DNA of 64,000 bases from Pseudanabaena sp. BL-A-41 (GCA_050632425.1 CP192607.1:4634158-4698157); one strand, 5' to 3'. Positions 38,430 through 47,746 are shown, numbered from the stretch's first letter. The notes: generated by a model from the sequence alone, not told the origin. Translations and numbers: made by a program.

Positions 38430-39120
38430 TGACTAACAACCCTTCAAGCAATCCTTCAAATAAAGCCTTACCATCAGTACCGCCCAAAATTCCTTCAGCA
38501 GCACGTTCAGGATGAGGCATCATCCCCAGAATGTTACCTTGCTTGTTGCAAATACCTGCAATGTTAGATACTGAGCCGTTAGGATTAGCATCATCGGTGA
38601 TATTGCCGATCGCATTACTATAACGGAATACCACTTGATGATTGTCTTCGAGTTCCTTGAGCGTATCAGCATCCGCAAAATAGCATCCTTCACCATGAGC
38701 GATCGGTAAAGAGATTACCTGTTGCTTTTGATATTTCTTGGTGAAAGCTAAATCATTGCGCTCAACTCGTAAAGGGGCGCGATCGCAAATAAAGTGTAAA
38801 TCGCGATTTCTGACTAATGCGCCTTGCAATAAGCATGATTCAGTCAAGATCTGGAATCCATTACAAATCCCAAGTACATATTTACCTTTGGCGGCATGTT
38901 CTTGCAAAGATTTCATTACAGGCGCAAACCTCGCGATCGCTCCACAGCGTAAGTAATCACCATAGCTAAATCCCCCTGGTACAACAATCACATCACAATC
39001 GCTAATATCGGTGTCACTATGCCAGATTAATCTCGTGGGCTGTTGCAGAATTCCGCTAGTAACCGTGGCAACATCGCGATCGCAGTTGGAACCGGGGAAT
39101 ACGAGAATACCAAATTTCAT
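38422..39120 (-). CDS. purQ: Phosphoribosylformylglycinamidine synthase subunit PurQ
   Basis: FPGSNCD, GGFSYGDYLR, the nucleophile elbow GICNGFQ and MMPHPER. Confidence 0.95.
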   Translation of the reverse strand: MKFGILVFPGSNCDRDVATVTSGILQQPTRLIWHSDTDISDCDVIVVPGGFSYGDYLRCGAIARFAPVMKSLQEHAAKGKYVLGICNGFQILTESCLLQGALVRNRDLHFICDRAPLRVERNDLAFTKKYQKQQVISLPIAHGEGCYFADADTLKELEDNHQVVFRYSNAIGNITDDANPNGSVSNIAGICNKQGNILGMMPHPERAAEGILGGTDGKALFEGLLEGLLVNA

Positions 39121-39144
39121 ATTGTCAATTCCTATTTTTAATTC

Positions 39145-39396
39145 CTAGGCGATCGGGGTTAATTCAACGCGGTAATTTTCGATGACAGGATTTGCCAACA
39201 GCTTGTCCGCAGCTTCATCTAGCTTTTGGGATGCTTCGGTTTCGTTGGCGGCATCTAGGACTATTTCCACATACTTACCGATGCGAACTGAGTCAACGTG
39301 ATAATCCATTTGTTTGAGAGCAGACTGTACAGCAGTGCCTGCGGGATCGAGAACCGATGGACGTAAGGTAACAAATATACGGGCTTGATACTTCAT
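39145..39396 (-). CDS. purS: Phosphoribosylformylglycinamidine synthase subunit PurS
   Basis: An 83-aa protein (V.LRPSVLDP.G......L) immediately upstream of purQ. Confidence 0.9.
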   Translation of the reverse strand: MKYQARIFVTLRPSVLDPAGTAVQSALKQMDYHVDSVRIGKYVEIVLDAANETEASQKLDEAADKLLANPVIENYRVELTPIA

Positions 39397-39617
39397 GCTG
39401 AATAGTGAATGGGGGAGCAGACCACCATAGATTTTATCGCGGGACTATGAGATCGATCATATAGCAAGACGATCCCAAAGAAGTAATGAAGTACCTTGCT
39501 CTGCAAGGTACTTCATTACTTCTTTGGAGTTCTATATTCTTATCAAATGGGAAATACTGTCTAGCAAACCGCAATAAGTCGAAGCCCTATTTTTATAAAT
39601 GATTTAGGATTGCCATA

Positions 39618-39709
39618 AGTATCTGGGCATAATATAAAACCAAAACCTGTGGCGCACGCGCAGCGTGCGCCACAGGTTTTGGTTTTATATTTAATTGTGC
39701 CCACCTACT
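39618..39709. mobile_element. MITE family A, full-length palindromic copy flanked by TA/TA
   Basis: agtatctgggca...cctgtggcgcacgcgcagcgtgcgccacagg...tgcccacctact. TA at 39616-17 and 39710-11. Confidence 0.75.
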
Positions 39710-39774
39710 TATAACCTTCTATTAATATTGATAGTCTATGATCAGCCTTTCATCCAAATTTTTAAACATAAATA

Positions 39775-42213
39775 ATGCGATCGCTTGCTACTCTCATCAA
39801 AAATCATCTGCTTGATTTAGGAATTAAAGTAAATGTCACGGTTAGGCAAAAGCGTCAAGAAATACATATTTTGCTAGAGTCTACCTACTTTGGCGATCGC
39901 ACCACTTTATTAGCCGAAATTTCTAAATGTTTTGACGATCTTGATGATTATTTAGAAGTAGCTAAAGTTTATGCATTTTTATTCGGTCAGCCATTGCCGA
40001 TATGGTCAGAAAAATTTAAGTTAAACCATCATAAATTTGAAAATATTGCTTGTGAAGAGAAAGAAAAAGGGAAAGAAACTGTAGTTCAAAAGGAAGCTTT
40101 AGATTCTAATAGAAACTTAGATGCAGTGGAAGCACTGACTGGGACGATTTTATGCGATCGCTTTATTGTCTGTGGTTTGGGTAGCTTAGGACAATATTCA
40201 GTGTTTAACCTCAAGAAATTTGCCTATGGTGAATATGAAGTCAAAATCTGTGCGATCGAAAAACTGCAACCAGAAATAATGGAACTTGATCATTTCTCAG
40301 AACTACTTGATGAACCATTAATTTTAGGGGATTGCCGTCGTTCCGAAATCTTAATCAAGGCTGGTATCCATAATTGCCGTGCAATCTTACTAGTTACTAG
40401 TAATGAGAATGTCAATATTGAAGCAGCGATCGCTGCTCGTCGCCTCAATCCCAATGTGCATATCGTAGTACGCTCATCCCGCCAAAATCTCAATCAACTC
40501 TTAAAAGAGCAATTAGGAAATTTTGTTGCTCTCGATCCCGTTGATTTGCCTGCCGCCTCCTTTGCTGTAGCGGGTTTAGGCAAGGGGACATTAGGCTTAT
40601 TTCAAATCGGCGATCGTAAATTGCGTGTAGTGGAATCCATCGTTAATCCCGATGACTATCGTCTTGTGAGAACTCCTGCCTATCTATTGCATAAAAAACA
40701 ATCGCGGCTTTTGAGTATTGCAGAACTTAATCCCGAGCGCTTATTTTTTCAATGGCAACCAGACCAGCTTGTGCAAGTTGGCGATAAGGTGACAATTATT
40801 GAATATGTTGAGCATAACTTTGCCTCTAATTTTCTTGACAATGTAAATCCTAATTCTGAGTTAGAACGTAATCACTTTTCTACCATCCAACGAATTTATC
40901 AATTAGTTCAAAGATTGCTCTATCCTTCTTTTTTGATATCCATCTACAAATCCAAATGGAAGCAGATTTTTACTTGGATTCAAGCAAAGCGATCGCGAAG
41001 TTTAGTGCTATGGGGAATCATCACCGCCATCATTCTATTAGGGCTGAGTTCTACAATCTTGTATTTCAACGTACCTAATATCTCTTTGCAAAAAGCGATC
41101 TCCACCAGCGTGATCTTACTTTTAGGCGGCTATGGTGATGTGTTTGGTGGATTGGGCGGAGAAGACCAAGTTCCCCTATGGTTAATGCTTTTTTGTATCG
41201 CCATTACGCTCATCAGTTTACTATTCGTTTTGGGAGTAATTGGACTAATTGCCGATAGTATTCTCAGTTCTAAATTTGAATTTTTTAAGCGATCGCTACC
41301 CTTACCAACTCACGATCATATTGTCCTGATCGGGTTTGGCAGACTCGGACAGCGTATTGCTGACCTGCTATTTAAACTGCAAATTCCCCTTGTCATCGTC
41401 AGCGAACATGCTTATGATTGCGACCTTGCCGACAAAGTCCCTTGGTTCACTGGCAATATCATTGAAGAATTATCCAAAACCAACCTCGCGCAAGCTAAGA
41501 GTATTCTCACAGTTACTGACGATCAAATGCTAAACCTCGAAGTAGCTCTATTAGCTCGTGATGTTGCCAAAAAGGTGAGCCGCGAGATCAATTTAGCTAT
41601 TCGTACTTACGATCGCTACTTTAGCGAAAACTTAGCCGAGCTATTGCCAAAATCCCAATCCTTTTGTGCCTATGCGCTCTCAGCAGAAGCATTTGCAGGA
41701 GCAGCCTTTGGCGAAAACATGTTAAGTTTATTTCGGCTGAATCAACGCACAGTTTTAGTTGCTGAATATCTAATTGCAGAAAATGATACTTTAGTGGGCA
41801 AAAATTTGTCGCAAATTGCCTATGGCTATACCGTTGTTCCCATTTACTTAAAAACTAGCGAGCCAAAAGTTAATGGAATTAGTGAGTTCTTTATGCCATC
41901 AGATGATGATGTGATGCAGATAGGCGATCGCTTAACGGTATTAGCTTCTATTTCAGGACTACGCCGCATTGAATTAGGTAATCTCCATACTCCGAAGCTT
42001 TGGCAGTTACGAGCTAAACCACCTCTTAATGCCAGCGTGTTGCTTGATGCGGGGAATCAACTCAAAAATATTTCAGGGTGCGATCTTGATCTTGCCCGTC
42101 GCTTTATGCAAAAACTACCTGCGGCGATCGAGCTTCCCATGTATGACACTCAAGCCTATCGCTTAGGACAAGCCCTCATGCGACTTCTGCCAATTAAAAT
42201 CTATCCTTTATAG
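39775..42213 (+). CDS. Potassium channel with RCK/TrkA-N domains on both sides of the pore
   Basis: GxGxxG Rossmann motifs VCGLGSLGQ (N-terminal) and LIGFGRLGQ (after the pore). TM1, then a pore with GYGD (LLLGGYGDVFGG), then TM2. Confidence 0.75.
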   Translation: MRSLATLIKNHLLDLGIKVNVTVRQKRQEIHILLESTYFGDRTTLLAEISKCFDDLDDYLEVAKVYAFLFGQPLPIWSEKFKLNHHKFENIACEEKEKGKETVVQKEALDSNRNLDAVEALTGTILCDRFIVCGLGSLGQYSVFNLKKFAYGEYEVKICAIEKLQPEIMELDHFSELLDEPLILGDCRRSEILIKAGIHNCRAILLVTSNENVNIEAAIAARRLNPNVHIVVRSSRQNLNQLLKEQLGNFVALDPVDLPAASFAVAGLGKGTLGLFQIGDRKLRVVESIVNPDDYRLVRTPAYLLHKKQSRLLSIAELNPERLFFQWQPDQLVQVGDKVTIIEYVEHNFASNFLDNVNPNSELERNHFSTIQRIYQLVQRLLYPSFLISIYKSKWKQIFTWIQAKRSRSLVLWGIITAIILLGLSSTILYFNVPNISLQKAISTSVILLLGGYGDVFGGLGGEDQVPLWLMLFCIAITLISLLFVLGVIGLIADSILSSKFEFFKRSLPLPTHDHIVLIGFGRLGQRIADLLFKLQIPLVIVSEHAYDCDLADKVPWFTGNIIEELSKTNLAQAKSILTVTDDQMLNLEVALLARDVAKKVSREINLAIRTYDRYFSENLAELLPKSQSFCAYALSAEAFAGAAFGENMLSLFRLNQRTVLVAEYLIAENDTLVGKNLSQIAYGYTVVPIYLKTSEPKVNGISEFFMPSDDDVMQIGDRLTVLASISGLRRIELGNLHTPKLWQLRAKPPLNASVLLDAGNQLKNISGCDLDLARRFMQKLPAAIELPMYDTQAYRLGQALMRLLPIKIYPL

Positions 42214-42266
42214 CGATCGAGGTACAGAGCGCTGTGTCCCTGCCTTAGGCAGGGACATAGCGCTTC
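42210..42266. repeat. Family C fragment (opposite orientation)
   Basis: atagcgatcgaggtacagagcgctgtgtccctgccttaggcagggacatagcgcttc. gaggtacagag is the reverse complement of ctctgtacctc. It overlaps the stop of the K+ channel gene. Confidence 0.5.
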
Positions 42267-42277
42267 ACTTATTCAAC

Positions 42278-42419
42278 GTCATTTCGGGTTAAGCGGGAAA
42301 ATTTTAAGAGACCAAAAGTAAAAGCCTTGCTAAGCAAGGCTTTTACTTTTGGTCTTTGAGAGAGGGGTTGCGTAGCAACCCCTCTCTCAAAGCGCGTTTC
42401 CAATTATCCCGAACTCACG
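42278..42419 (+). mobile_element. MITE family B (142 bp, two internal hairpins)
   Basis: gtcatttcgggttaagcggg...aaaagtaaaagccttgctaagcaaggcttttactttt...tttgagagaggggttgcgtagcaacccctctctcaaa...ccaattatcccgaactcacg. Confidence 0.75.
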
Positions 42420-42422
42420 TTA

Positions 42423-42500
42423 AGTAGGTGAGCGCAATTAAATATAAAACCCCAAAACCTGTGGCGCACGCGCAGCGTGCGCCACAGGTTTTGGCTCTGG
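42423..42500. mobile_element. MITE family A, copy lacking the canonical right arm
   Basis: agtaggtgagcgcaattaaatataaaaccccaaaacctgtggcgcacgcgcagcgtgcgccacaggttttggctctgg. TA at 42421-22. It abuts the family B element. Confidence 0.7.
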
Positions 42501-42515
42501 TTTTTCTTAGCAATT

Positions 42516-43073
42516 TCAAAAGAATCTACGAGGAGATAACTCAATCATATTCTGTCCGATTTTGATATCGAGATTACCGAAGAAATCATGACCTAACAAT
42601 CCCATATTCGCTTTCGTGGCGATCGGTACAGGCATCATTTGGACTTTGAGAGAACCCAATGAAATTGATTTTACTTTACCGATCGGAAAGCTCACTTTAC
42701 TTCCGTCAGCAATATCAAACTCCTCTGAAGTGTCGGGTACAACATTCAGCGTTTGCGCCATTTCGGCAGTAATTAAAGTTCTACTTGCTCCAGTATCCAA
42801 CATCATTTCATAGATACGATTACCATTAAAAGTTACTTCAACAATGGGAATACCACGCATACGTCTCTTGATGGGAATTCTGACTGTTTCATTTTGGTTC
42901 CCATTACATAAACCACTGAGATCAATACGCCGCCCTTTAGAATTAACCATGAAGCAATCTGAAGTTTGAGCATTTGCGTGATTAACAAGGTTAGATTGGT
43001 TGACAAATAACTCACTAATCCCAATCAAAGAACTAACTATTAAAGTAATCGTTGCTAAATTGATTTTGGACAT
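42516..43073 (-). CDS. Secreted retropepsin-like aspartic protease
   Basis: Signal peptide and the catalytic MLDTGAS motif. Confidence 0.7.
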   Translation of the reverse strand: MSKINLATITLIVSSLIGISELFVNQSNLVNHANAQTSDCFMVNSKGRRIDLSGLCNGNQNETVRIPIKRRMRGIPIVEVTFNGNRIYEMMLDTGASRTLITAEMAQTLNVVPDTSEEFDIADGSKVSFPIGKVKSISLGSLKVQMMPVPIATKANMGLLGHDFFGNLDIKIGQNMIELSPRRFF

Positions 43074-43159
43074 AATCTAAAGGGGGGTGATCGCTTACTG
43101 AATATTTTATCAGGTGCAAATAAATGATGGGTGATACAAAGTAAAGTACCACCCATCAT

Positions 43160-44290
43160 TTATTTAGGATCATTTTGGGAAGCCCATCCGAGGAGATTGG
43201 ATAACCAGCCACGTTGTTGCGGTGGTGGGAGTGCTTTTTTCTGGGTAGTGGAAGGCTTGGGTTTGGAATCGTTTTTTTGATCAGGATTCGGGTTAGTGAG
43301 ATCCTTAATATGTTTTAGCGCCAATGGTTCTTGAGGGTTGATCTGAAGCGATCGCTGCAAACTAATTTTCGCCATCTGCGGCTGATTGATATTTTTGTAA
43401 ACCACGCCGAGCATTGCCAGACATTTACTATTGTCTTGATCGATTTGCGAAATCTCGCGTAGTTCCTTAAGAGCAGTTTTCCAATCGTTTTGACTCATAT
43501 ATACTTCACAAGCTTTCAACCGAGCGGCGATCGCACCATTATCACGTACATCACTGCTGCTCTGAAATACAGTTGCATCATCGTCATTTTTGTTATTGCT
43601 TGGTTGATAAGTTGAATATGTAGCTCTTACGTTTGCATAGTTGGGATTTGCATGGTTAGAATTTCCGTAAGTAGGCTTAGCCGTTGGGGTGGGATAGGTT
43701 GCAGGTGTGGGATAGGCAGGTGGGAAATAGGCATTTTTAGGCTGCACCTTCGGTTCAAGGACTGGCGGCATATTCGGTGCGCCATATACATACCCCTCTT
43801 TGTAGAGAATGTAGACTAGATTTAGTTCACTGATTTGGGCTGTATATTTCAGGATCGTGCTGAGGGACTCATATTGTTTTTTTGCGATCGCGGAAACAGA
43901 GCGCTCGTATAAACCATCATTGGGAGCGAAGAGTAACTCACAGGCAATTGCCGAATAAATCGGAACATTGCGTGATTTTTGCATGAGTCGTTTCGCCAGT
44001 AATTTAAAGATCCCTTGATAGGCTTGGCGTTCTTGCTCTTGCATTAAGGTGTCATAGGCAGGATTGACCAATTTCGCAAGATACTGAGTAGCAACTAACT
44101 TTTCTTGTGGGGAAAAGCCATAAACATCAGGATGCAGTATGCGGACAATACTCAGATAAACATGACGAATATAAATGGGACTAGTGATAATAGGTAAGCC
44201 CAAAGCCGCGTAATAGTCATGGTTAAACTGACTAATGCCTCGATCAATGCGGATAAACTGGAGTTTTTGCTCCTTGGGCAGTTGATTCAT
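43160..44290 (-). CDS. J-domain protein with C-terminal TPR-like repeats
   Basis: DYYAALGL...ILHPD (HPD motif), a Pro/Tyr/Thr-rich linker and TPR-like repeats. Confidence 0.7.
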   Translation of the reverse strand: MNQLPKEQKLQFIRIDRGISQFNHDYYAALGLPIITSPIYIRHVYLSIVRILHPDVYGFSPQEKLVATQYLAKLVNPAYDTLMQEQERQAYQGIFKLLAKRLMQKSRNVPIYSAIACELLFAPNDGLYERSVSAIAKKQYESLSTILKYTAQISELNLVYILYKEGYVYGAPNMPPVLEPKVQPKNAYFPPAYPTPATYPTPTAKPTYGNSNHANPNYANVRATYSTYQPSNNKNDDDATVFQSSSDVRDNGAIAARLKACEVYMSQNDWKTALKELREISQIDQDNSKCLAMLGVVYKNINQPQMAKISLQRSLQINPQEPLALKHIKDLTNPNPDQKNDSKPKPSTTQKKALPPPQQRGWLSNLLGWASQNDPK

Positions 44291-44407
44291 AGTTACTCGC
44301 CTTGAGCATAGCTAAATTGTCATTTTGCTCAGATAATCTATTACATACTTTAACGCTAAACCCAAAAAATAAAGACAGCGCAATGCACCGCCTCTATTTT
44401 TTTATGT

Positions 44408-45283
44408 TTAAGAATGTAACGGGAGTACTGCAAGCGGTAATAGCGAAAATCCTAGCCAAAAGAGCGATCGCCAAGAAAATTTGGGCAGTGGCTCAGGCTC
44501 AGCCAATAAAAAGTTAATCCGTTCTTCTAGGCGATCGCTTGTATTGGTTGAACCAAAAGCGGCGGCAAAAGTCTCGGACGGGAGCATATTATAGCTGACC
44601 ATTTCTAATAGTGATTCAGCAAGTAATAAGCCATCTAAATATTGAGCTGCCCAGCGATCGGCGCGTAGTTCACGTAATAGGAGCAACTCTTCCCAAAGCT
44701 CTTGGGTGTTGGGCAACCAAGGCATGATTTGACGGAGACAGCCTAGCCAGAAAAACCAGAATGTATCGTGGTAATGGGCATGGGCGCGTTCATGCAACAA
44801 AACCGCTTCGAGATGTTCGGCATCAAGGGTATCGAGCAAACCTTGGCTTACAAAAAGCTTGGATTTCCAAAAGCCTATTTGCGCGGCAAACAACATTGGG
44901 ATATTCAGCAACTGCATGGAATCTGAGCCATTTGCAACTTCGCTATTGATGACCAACTTTTGCAATTTTTGTAAGGATTGCCAGCCCATCAAAGCAAGTT
45001 GACCACTGCGGAAGATGCTATAAATCAAAAACACTAGGGCGATCATATAGCTGACATAGCCAGCTTGCAAACCGATCATTTGACCTTCGGCTCCCATACA
45101 TAGCACGGCGATCGCGGTCGTCACGACTAGCATCGGTGGCAGTACAAAGCAAAATAAGGCTCTATGCCAACGCATTTGCCAAGTTACTGATGAATTATGG
45201 CTACTCTGCCAACCGTAACGCAAACCCCACGCTAAGCCCAGAGAACCCAAAAGCATCACAGAATGCATCGAGAAAAATGGCAT
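44408..45283 (-). CDS. M56-family (BlaR1-like) membrane metalloprotease without sensor domain
   Basis: Polytopic N-terminus, HEXXH (LLHERAHAHYHD), and a start 2 nt after the BlaI-like gene stop. Confidence 0.75.
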   Translation of the reverse strand: MPFFSMHSVMLLGSLGLAWGLRYGWQSSHNSSVTWQMRWHRALFCFVLPPMLVVTTAIAVLCMGAEGQMIGLQAGYVSYMIALVFLIYSIFRSGQLALMGWQSLQKLQKLVINSEVANGSDSMQLLNIPMLFAAQIGFWKSKLFVSQGLLDTLDAEHLEAVLLHERAHAHYHDTFWFFWLGCLRQIMPWLPNTQELWEELLLLRELRADRWAAQYLDGLLLAESLLEMVSYNMLPSETFAAAFGSTNTSDRLEERINFLLAEPEPLPKFSWRSLFWLGFSLLPLAVLPLHS

Positions 45284-45285
45284 GG

Positions 45286-45714
45286 CTAACCTTCCTGTGA
45301 CTGTTCTCTAGATTGGCGAATAGTTTTGAGGCGTGTGGCGATCGCTTCGAGCTTGTCCATACTGGCGCGATCAAGGTCATTGGCAAAGGCTGCCACAATG
45401 TCTGCATCACCCACTTCTAAGAAACGATTGAGTTGATGATAAGCAGTTAAGGCTTGCGCTTCCTCGCGGGAAATCAAGGTGCGCCAATAGAAAGTACGTC
45501 CCTCTTTATCGCAGGCGATCCAACCCTTTTGTTCGAGGCGGCGCAATACGGTCATCACTGAGCCATAGGCTAACTCGCGATCGGGATCGGCAAGAATGCG
45601 ATCGTGAATATCCGTCGCACTAATACTTGTGCTATCCCAAATAATATTGAGGAGTTCCGACTCTAAGGGACCAAGCGATAACTGTTTCGGTCGATATTTT
45701 GGTAATGGAGTCAT
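45286..45714 (-). CDS. BlaI/MecI/CopY-family transcriptional repressor
   Basis: LGPLE.E.L..IW winged-helix N-terminus, in an operon with the M56 protease. Confidence 0.8.
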   Translation of the reverse strand: MTPLPKYRPKQLSLGPLESELLNIIWDSTSISATDIHDRILADPDRELAYGSVMTVLRRLEQKGWIACDKEGRTFYWRTLISREEAQALTAYHQLNRFLEVGDADIVAAFANDLDRASMDKLEAIATRLKTIRQSREQSQEG

Positions 45715-45762
45715 AGCTGCTCAAATTACATTTGCTTATTACTATAGCGCCTTGAACTCTTT

Positions 45763-45797
45763 AAACAAAAGGCTTCTCTGAGAGAAGCCTTTTGTTT
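45763..45797 (-). terminator. Stem-loop directly after the PII-like gene
   Basis: aaacaaaaggcttctc-tga-gagaagccttttgttt. Confidence 0.65.
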
Positions 45798-46112
45798 TTA
45801 AAGGGAGGCAACACATTGAATCGATTTAATTTCCATAGCATCGGAAATATAACAAGCACCACCAAATTTATTGATGATCGGTCTTAGTTGTTCGACCAGA
45901 GGCTTAGTCTTATCAGCTAAGAAAAAGGCAATTACATAGTCGTTTTCCAACATACTCATATCCAAATCGCCCGAATTAGTGCCACTGACACCCTTACCGA
46001 TCACATTGCGGATAACTGTATAGTTCAAAACCCCAACGGTTTCTAAGACCTTGATGATTTTATGGGATTCGACAGAATCAGATACAATTTCGATCCGTTT
46101 CACCGCGTGCAT
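45798..46112 (-). CDS. PII-like (SbtB-like) small regulatory protein
   Basis: A 104-aa protein with the beta-alpha-beta pattern KRIEIV....H.I...L...GV..YTV, and T-loop-like GKGVSGTNSGD. It lies downstream of the Sbt_1-type permease. Confidence 0.65.
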   Translation of the reverse strand: MHAVKRIEIVSDSVESHKIIKVLETVGVLNYTVIRNVIGKGVSGTNSGDLDMSMLENDYVIAFFLADKTKPLVEQLRPIINKFGGACYISDAMEIKSIQCVASL

Positions 46113-46387
46113 AGTTTTATCTCGACTAAAAATAATGAATTCTAGAATGACTAACGCTTGACGCTATCGATTCTAAATATGGAGATCTACTCAAATTATG
46201 GGTGCTTTTATTCGTAAGGTGGGAGATTTTGCATTTTATTTAACGTAAGTTCGGACTAGTTAACATTTGGTAAAAAAAAACAGCCTTGCATGGCAAGACT
46301 GTTTACATTGCTTTGTACTAATAGAAACCCTAATGATTTCTCCAAAGACTTGTTTTGCAAGCTTTTTAGGAAATCACCTTACTGGCA

Positions 46388-46487
46388 GATATAGCATTTC
46401 CCAGTCTAGTGAAGTAAGGGTTTGTTTCCTTGCCTTTAGAGGAGGAAACACATCTCTGTACCTCGCTTGCTTGAAAAGCGCTATATC
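46388..46487. mobile_element. Repeat family C copy in the sbtA-like/PII-like spacer
   Basis: gatatagcatttcc...gggtttgtttccttgcc...ctctgtacctcgcttgcttgaaaagcgctatatc. Confidence 0.7.
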
Positions 46488-46515
46488 AATAGGTATTTAG
46501 AAGATTATTTTGAGT

Positions 46516-47502
46516 CTAGACCCAAAATAAATTGATTACATATAAATATAAAGGAATTCCGACAATAATGTTGAATGGGAATGTGACGGCTAGGGCAGTC
46601 GAGACATAGAGGCTAGGATTTGCTTCTGGCACAGTCAGACGCATCGCGGCAGGTACAGCGATATAAGATGCGCTAGCACATAGCACTGCAAACAAAAGGG
46701 CATCTCCCTGCGACATCGAAATTAATTTAGCGATCGCAATCCCTATACCCGAATTTAAGATTGGCATCAAAATCGCAAAGGCAATTAGAAATACACCTGT
46801 TTTTTGTAAATCTTTAATACGTTTTGCGGCGACTAATCCCATATCCATTAAAAAGAAAGTCAACACACCATAAAACATATCTTGGGTGAAGGGTGACAGG
46901 ACATGCCAACCTCTCTCACCTGTGAGGCAACCAATAATTAAGCTACCAACTAACAAGAATACGGAGCTGTTCAGAAAAGCTTCTCGGAGAACTTCACCCC
47001 ACGCCAATTCTCGTTCTTCGCCTTTTTCAGCTTTCTCGGCGGCGGTAAATAAACTGACGAGGATCAATCCGACAATAATTGCTGGAGACTCCATTAGGGC
47101 AAGAGCTGCAACCATATAGCCATCAAAGGGAATATTTAACTGTCCCAAAAATGAGCTAGCGGTGATGAAGGTAACAGCGCTAATCGAGCCATAGGTTGCC
47201 GCGATCGCAGCAGCATTATAGGCATCAAGCTTGATCCTGAGAAGGAAAAACGAATAAACGGGGACAATGCACGCCATGAGGATTGCCGCAACCATTGTCA
47301 GTACTACTTCTTGGCTAATCCCACTTTTAACAAGCTCGACCCCACCCTTAAAGCCGATCGCTAGAAGTAAATATAGTGAGAATAATTTCGGAATTGGCGG
47401 CGGAATTTCTAAATCCGACTTAATCAATACCGCCATCATGCCCAAGAAAAAGAACAAAATCGGCGGATTGAGAACATTAGAAACAATTAGGTCTAAATCC
47501 AT
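46516..47502 (-). CDS. Sodium-dependent bicarbonate transporter family (SbtA-like/Sbt_1) permease
   Basis: A 10-TM-like inverted-repeat protein beginning NPPILFFFLGM, with a charged central loop. It is paired with the PII-like gene. Confidence 0.65.
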   Translation of the reverse strand: MDLDLIVSNVLNPPILFFFLGMMAVLIKSDLEIPPPIPKLFSLYLLLAIGFKGGVELVKSGISQEVVLTMVAAILMACIVPVYSFFLLRIKLDAYNAAAIAATYGSISAVTFITASSFLGQLNIPFDGYMVAALALMESPAIIVGLILVSLFTAAEKAEKGEERELAWGEVLREAFLNSSVFLLVGSLIIGCLTGERGWHVLSPFTQDMFYGVLTFFLMDMGLVAAKRIKDLQKTGVFLIAFAILMPILNSGIGIAIAKLISMSQGDALLFAVLCASASYIAVPAAMRLTVPEANPSLYVSTALAVTFPFNIIVGIPLYLYVINLFWV

Positions 47503-47654
47503 GTGGACAGATCCATGTATAAGTAAAAGATTTTTTTAGAAACAAATTGTGCAGAAGTAATTTTTTAAATAATTAATACCTGATGTCAGTCTACAGAATT
47601 GTATGGCGATCGCAATCGGAAATGGGTTATGAGCAACACAACCACACAAACCAT

Positions 47655-47696
47655 TCCAAAAACTATGGCGCACACGCTGCGTGCGCTATAGTTTTT
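47655..47696. repeat. Family A core-hairpin fragment
   Basis: ccaaaaactatggcgcacacgctgcgtgcgctatagtttttt resembles the centre of the copy at 56400. Confidence 0.5.
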
Positions 47697-47746
47697 TACT
47701 TTTTTGATAGCATTAAGCAAAGTATTATCTTTGGGAGATTATCAAG

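Noticed and set aside
39618-42500. K+ channel gene as cargo of a composite transposon bounded by family A MITEs
   Set aside because: There is no transposase. The right copy lacks its outer arm. The gene has native composition with many HIP1 sites, so independent insertions into flanking spacers are simpler.
42210-42505. Possible CRISPR array suggested by the dense hairpin repeats (also near 54318-54459)
   Set aside because: The repeats belong to different families and are palindromic and contiguous. There are no unique spacers at regular spacing, and there are no cas genes in the window.
46267-46500. 77-aa ORF in the sbtA-like/PII-like spacer
   Set aside because: It overlaps the family C repeat and has no ribosome-binding context or recognisable motif.
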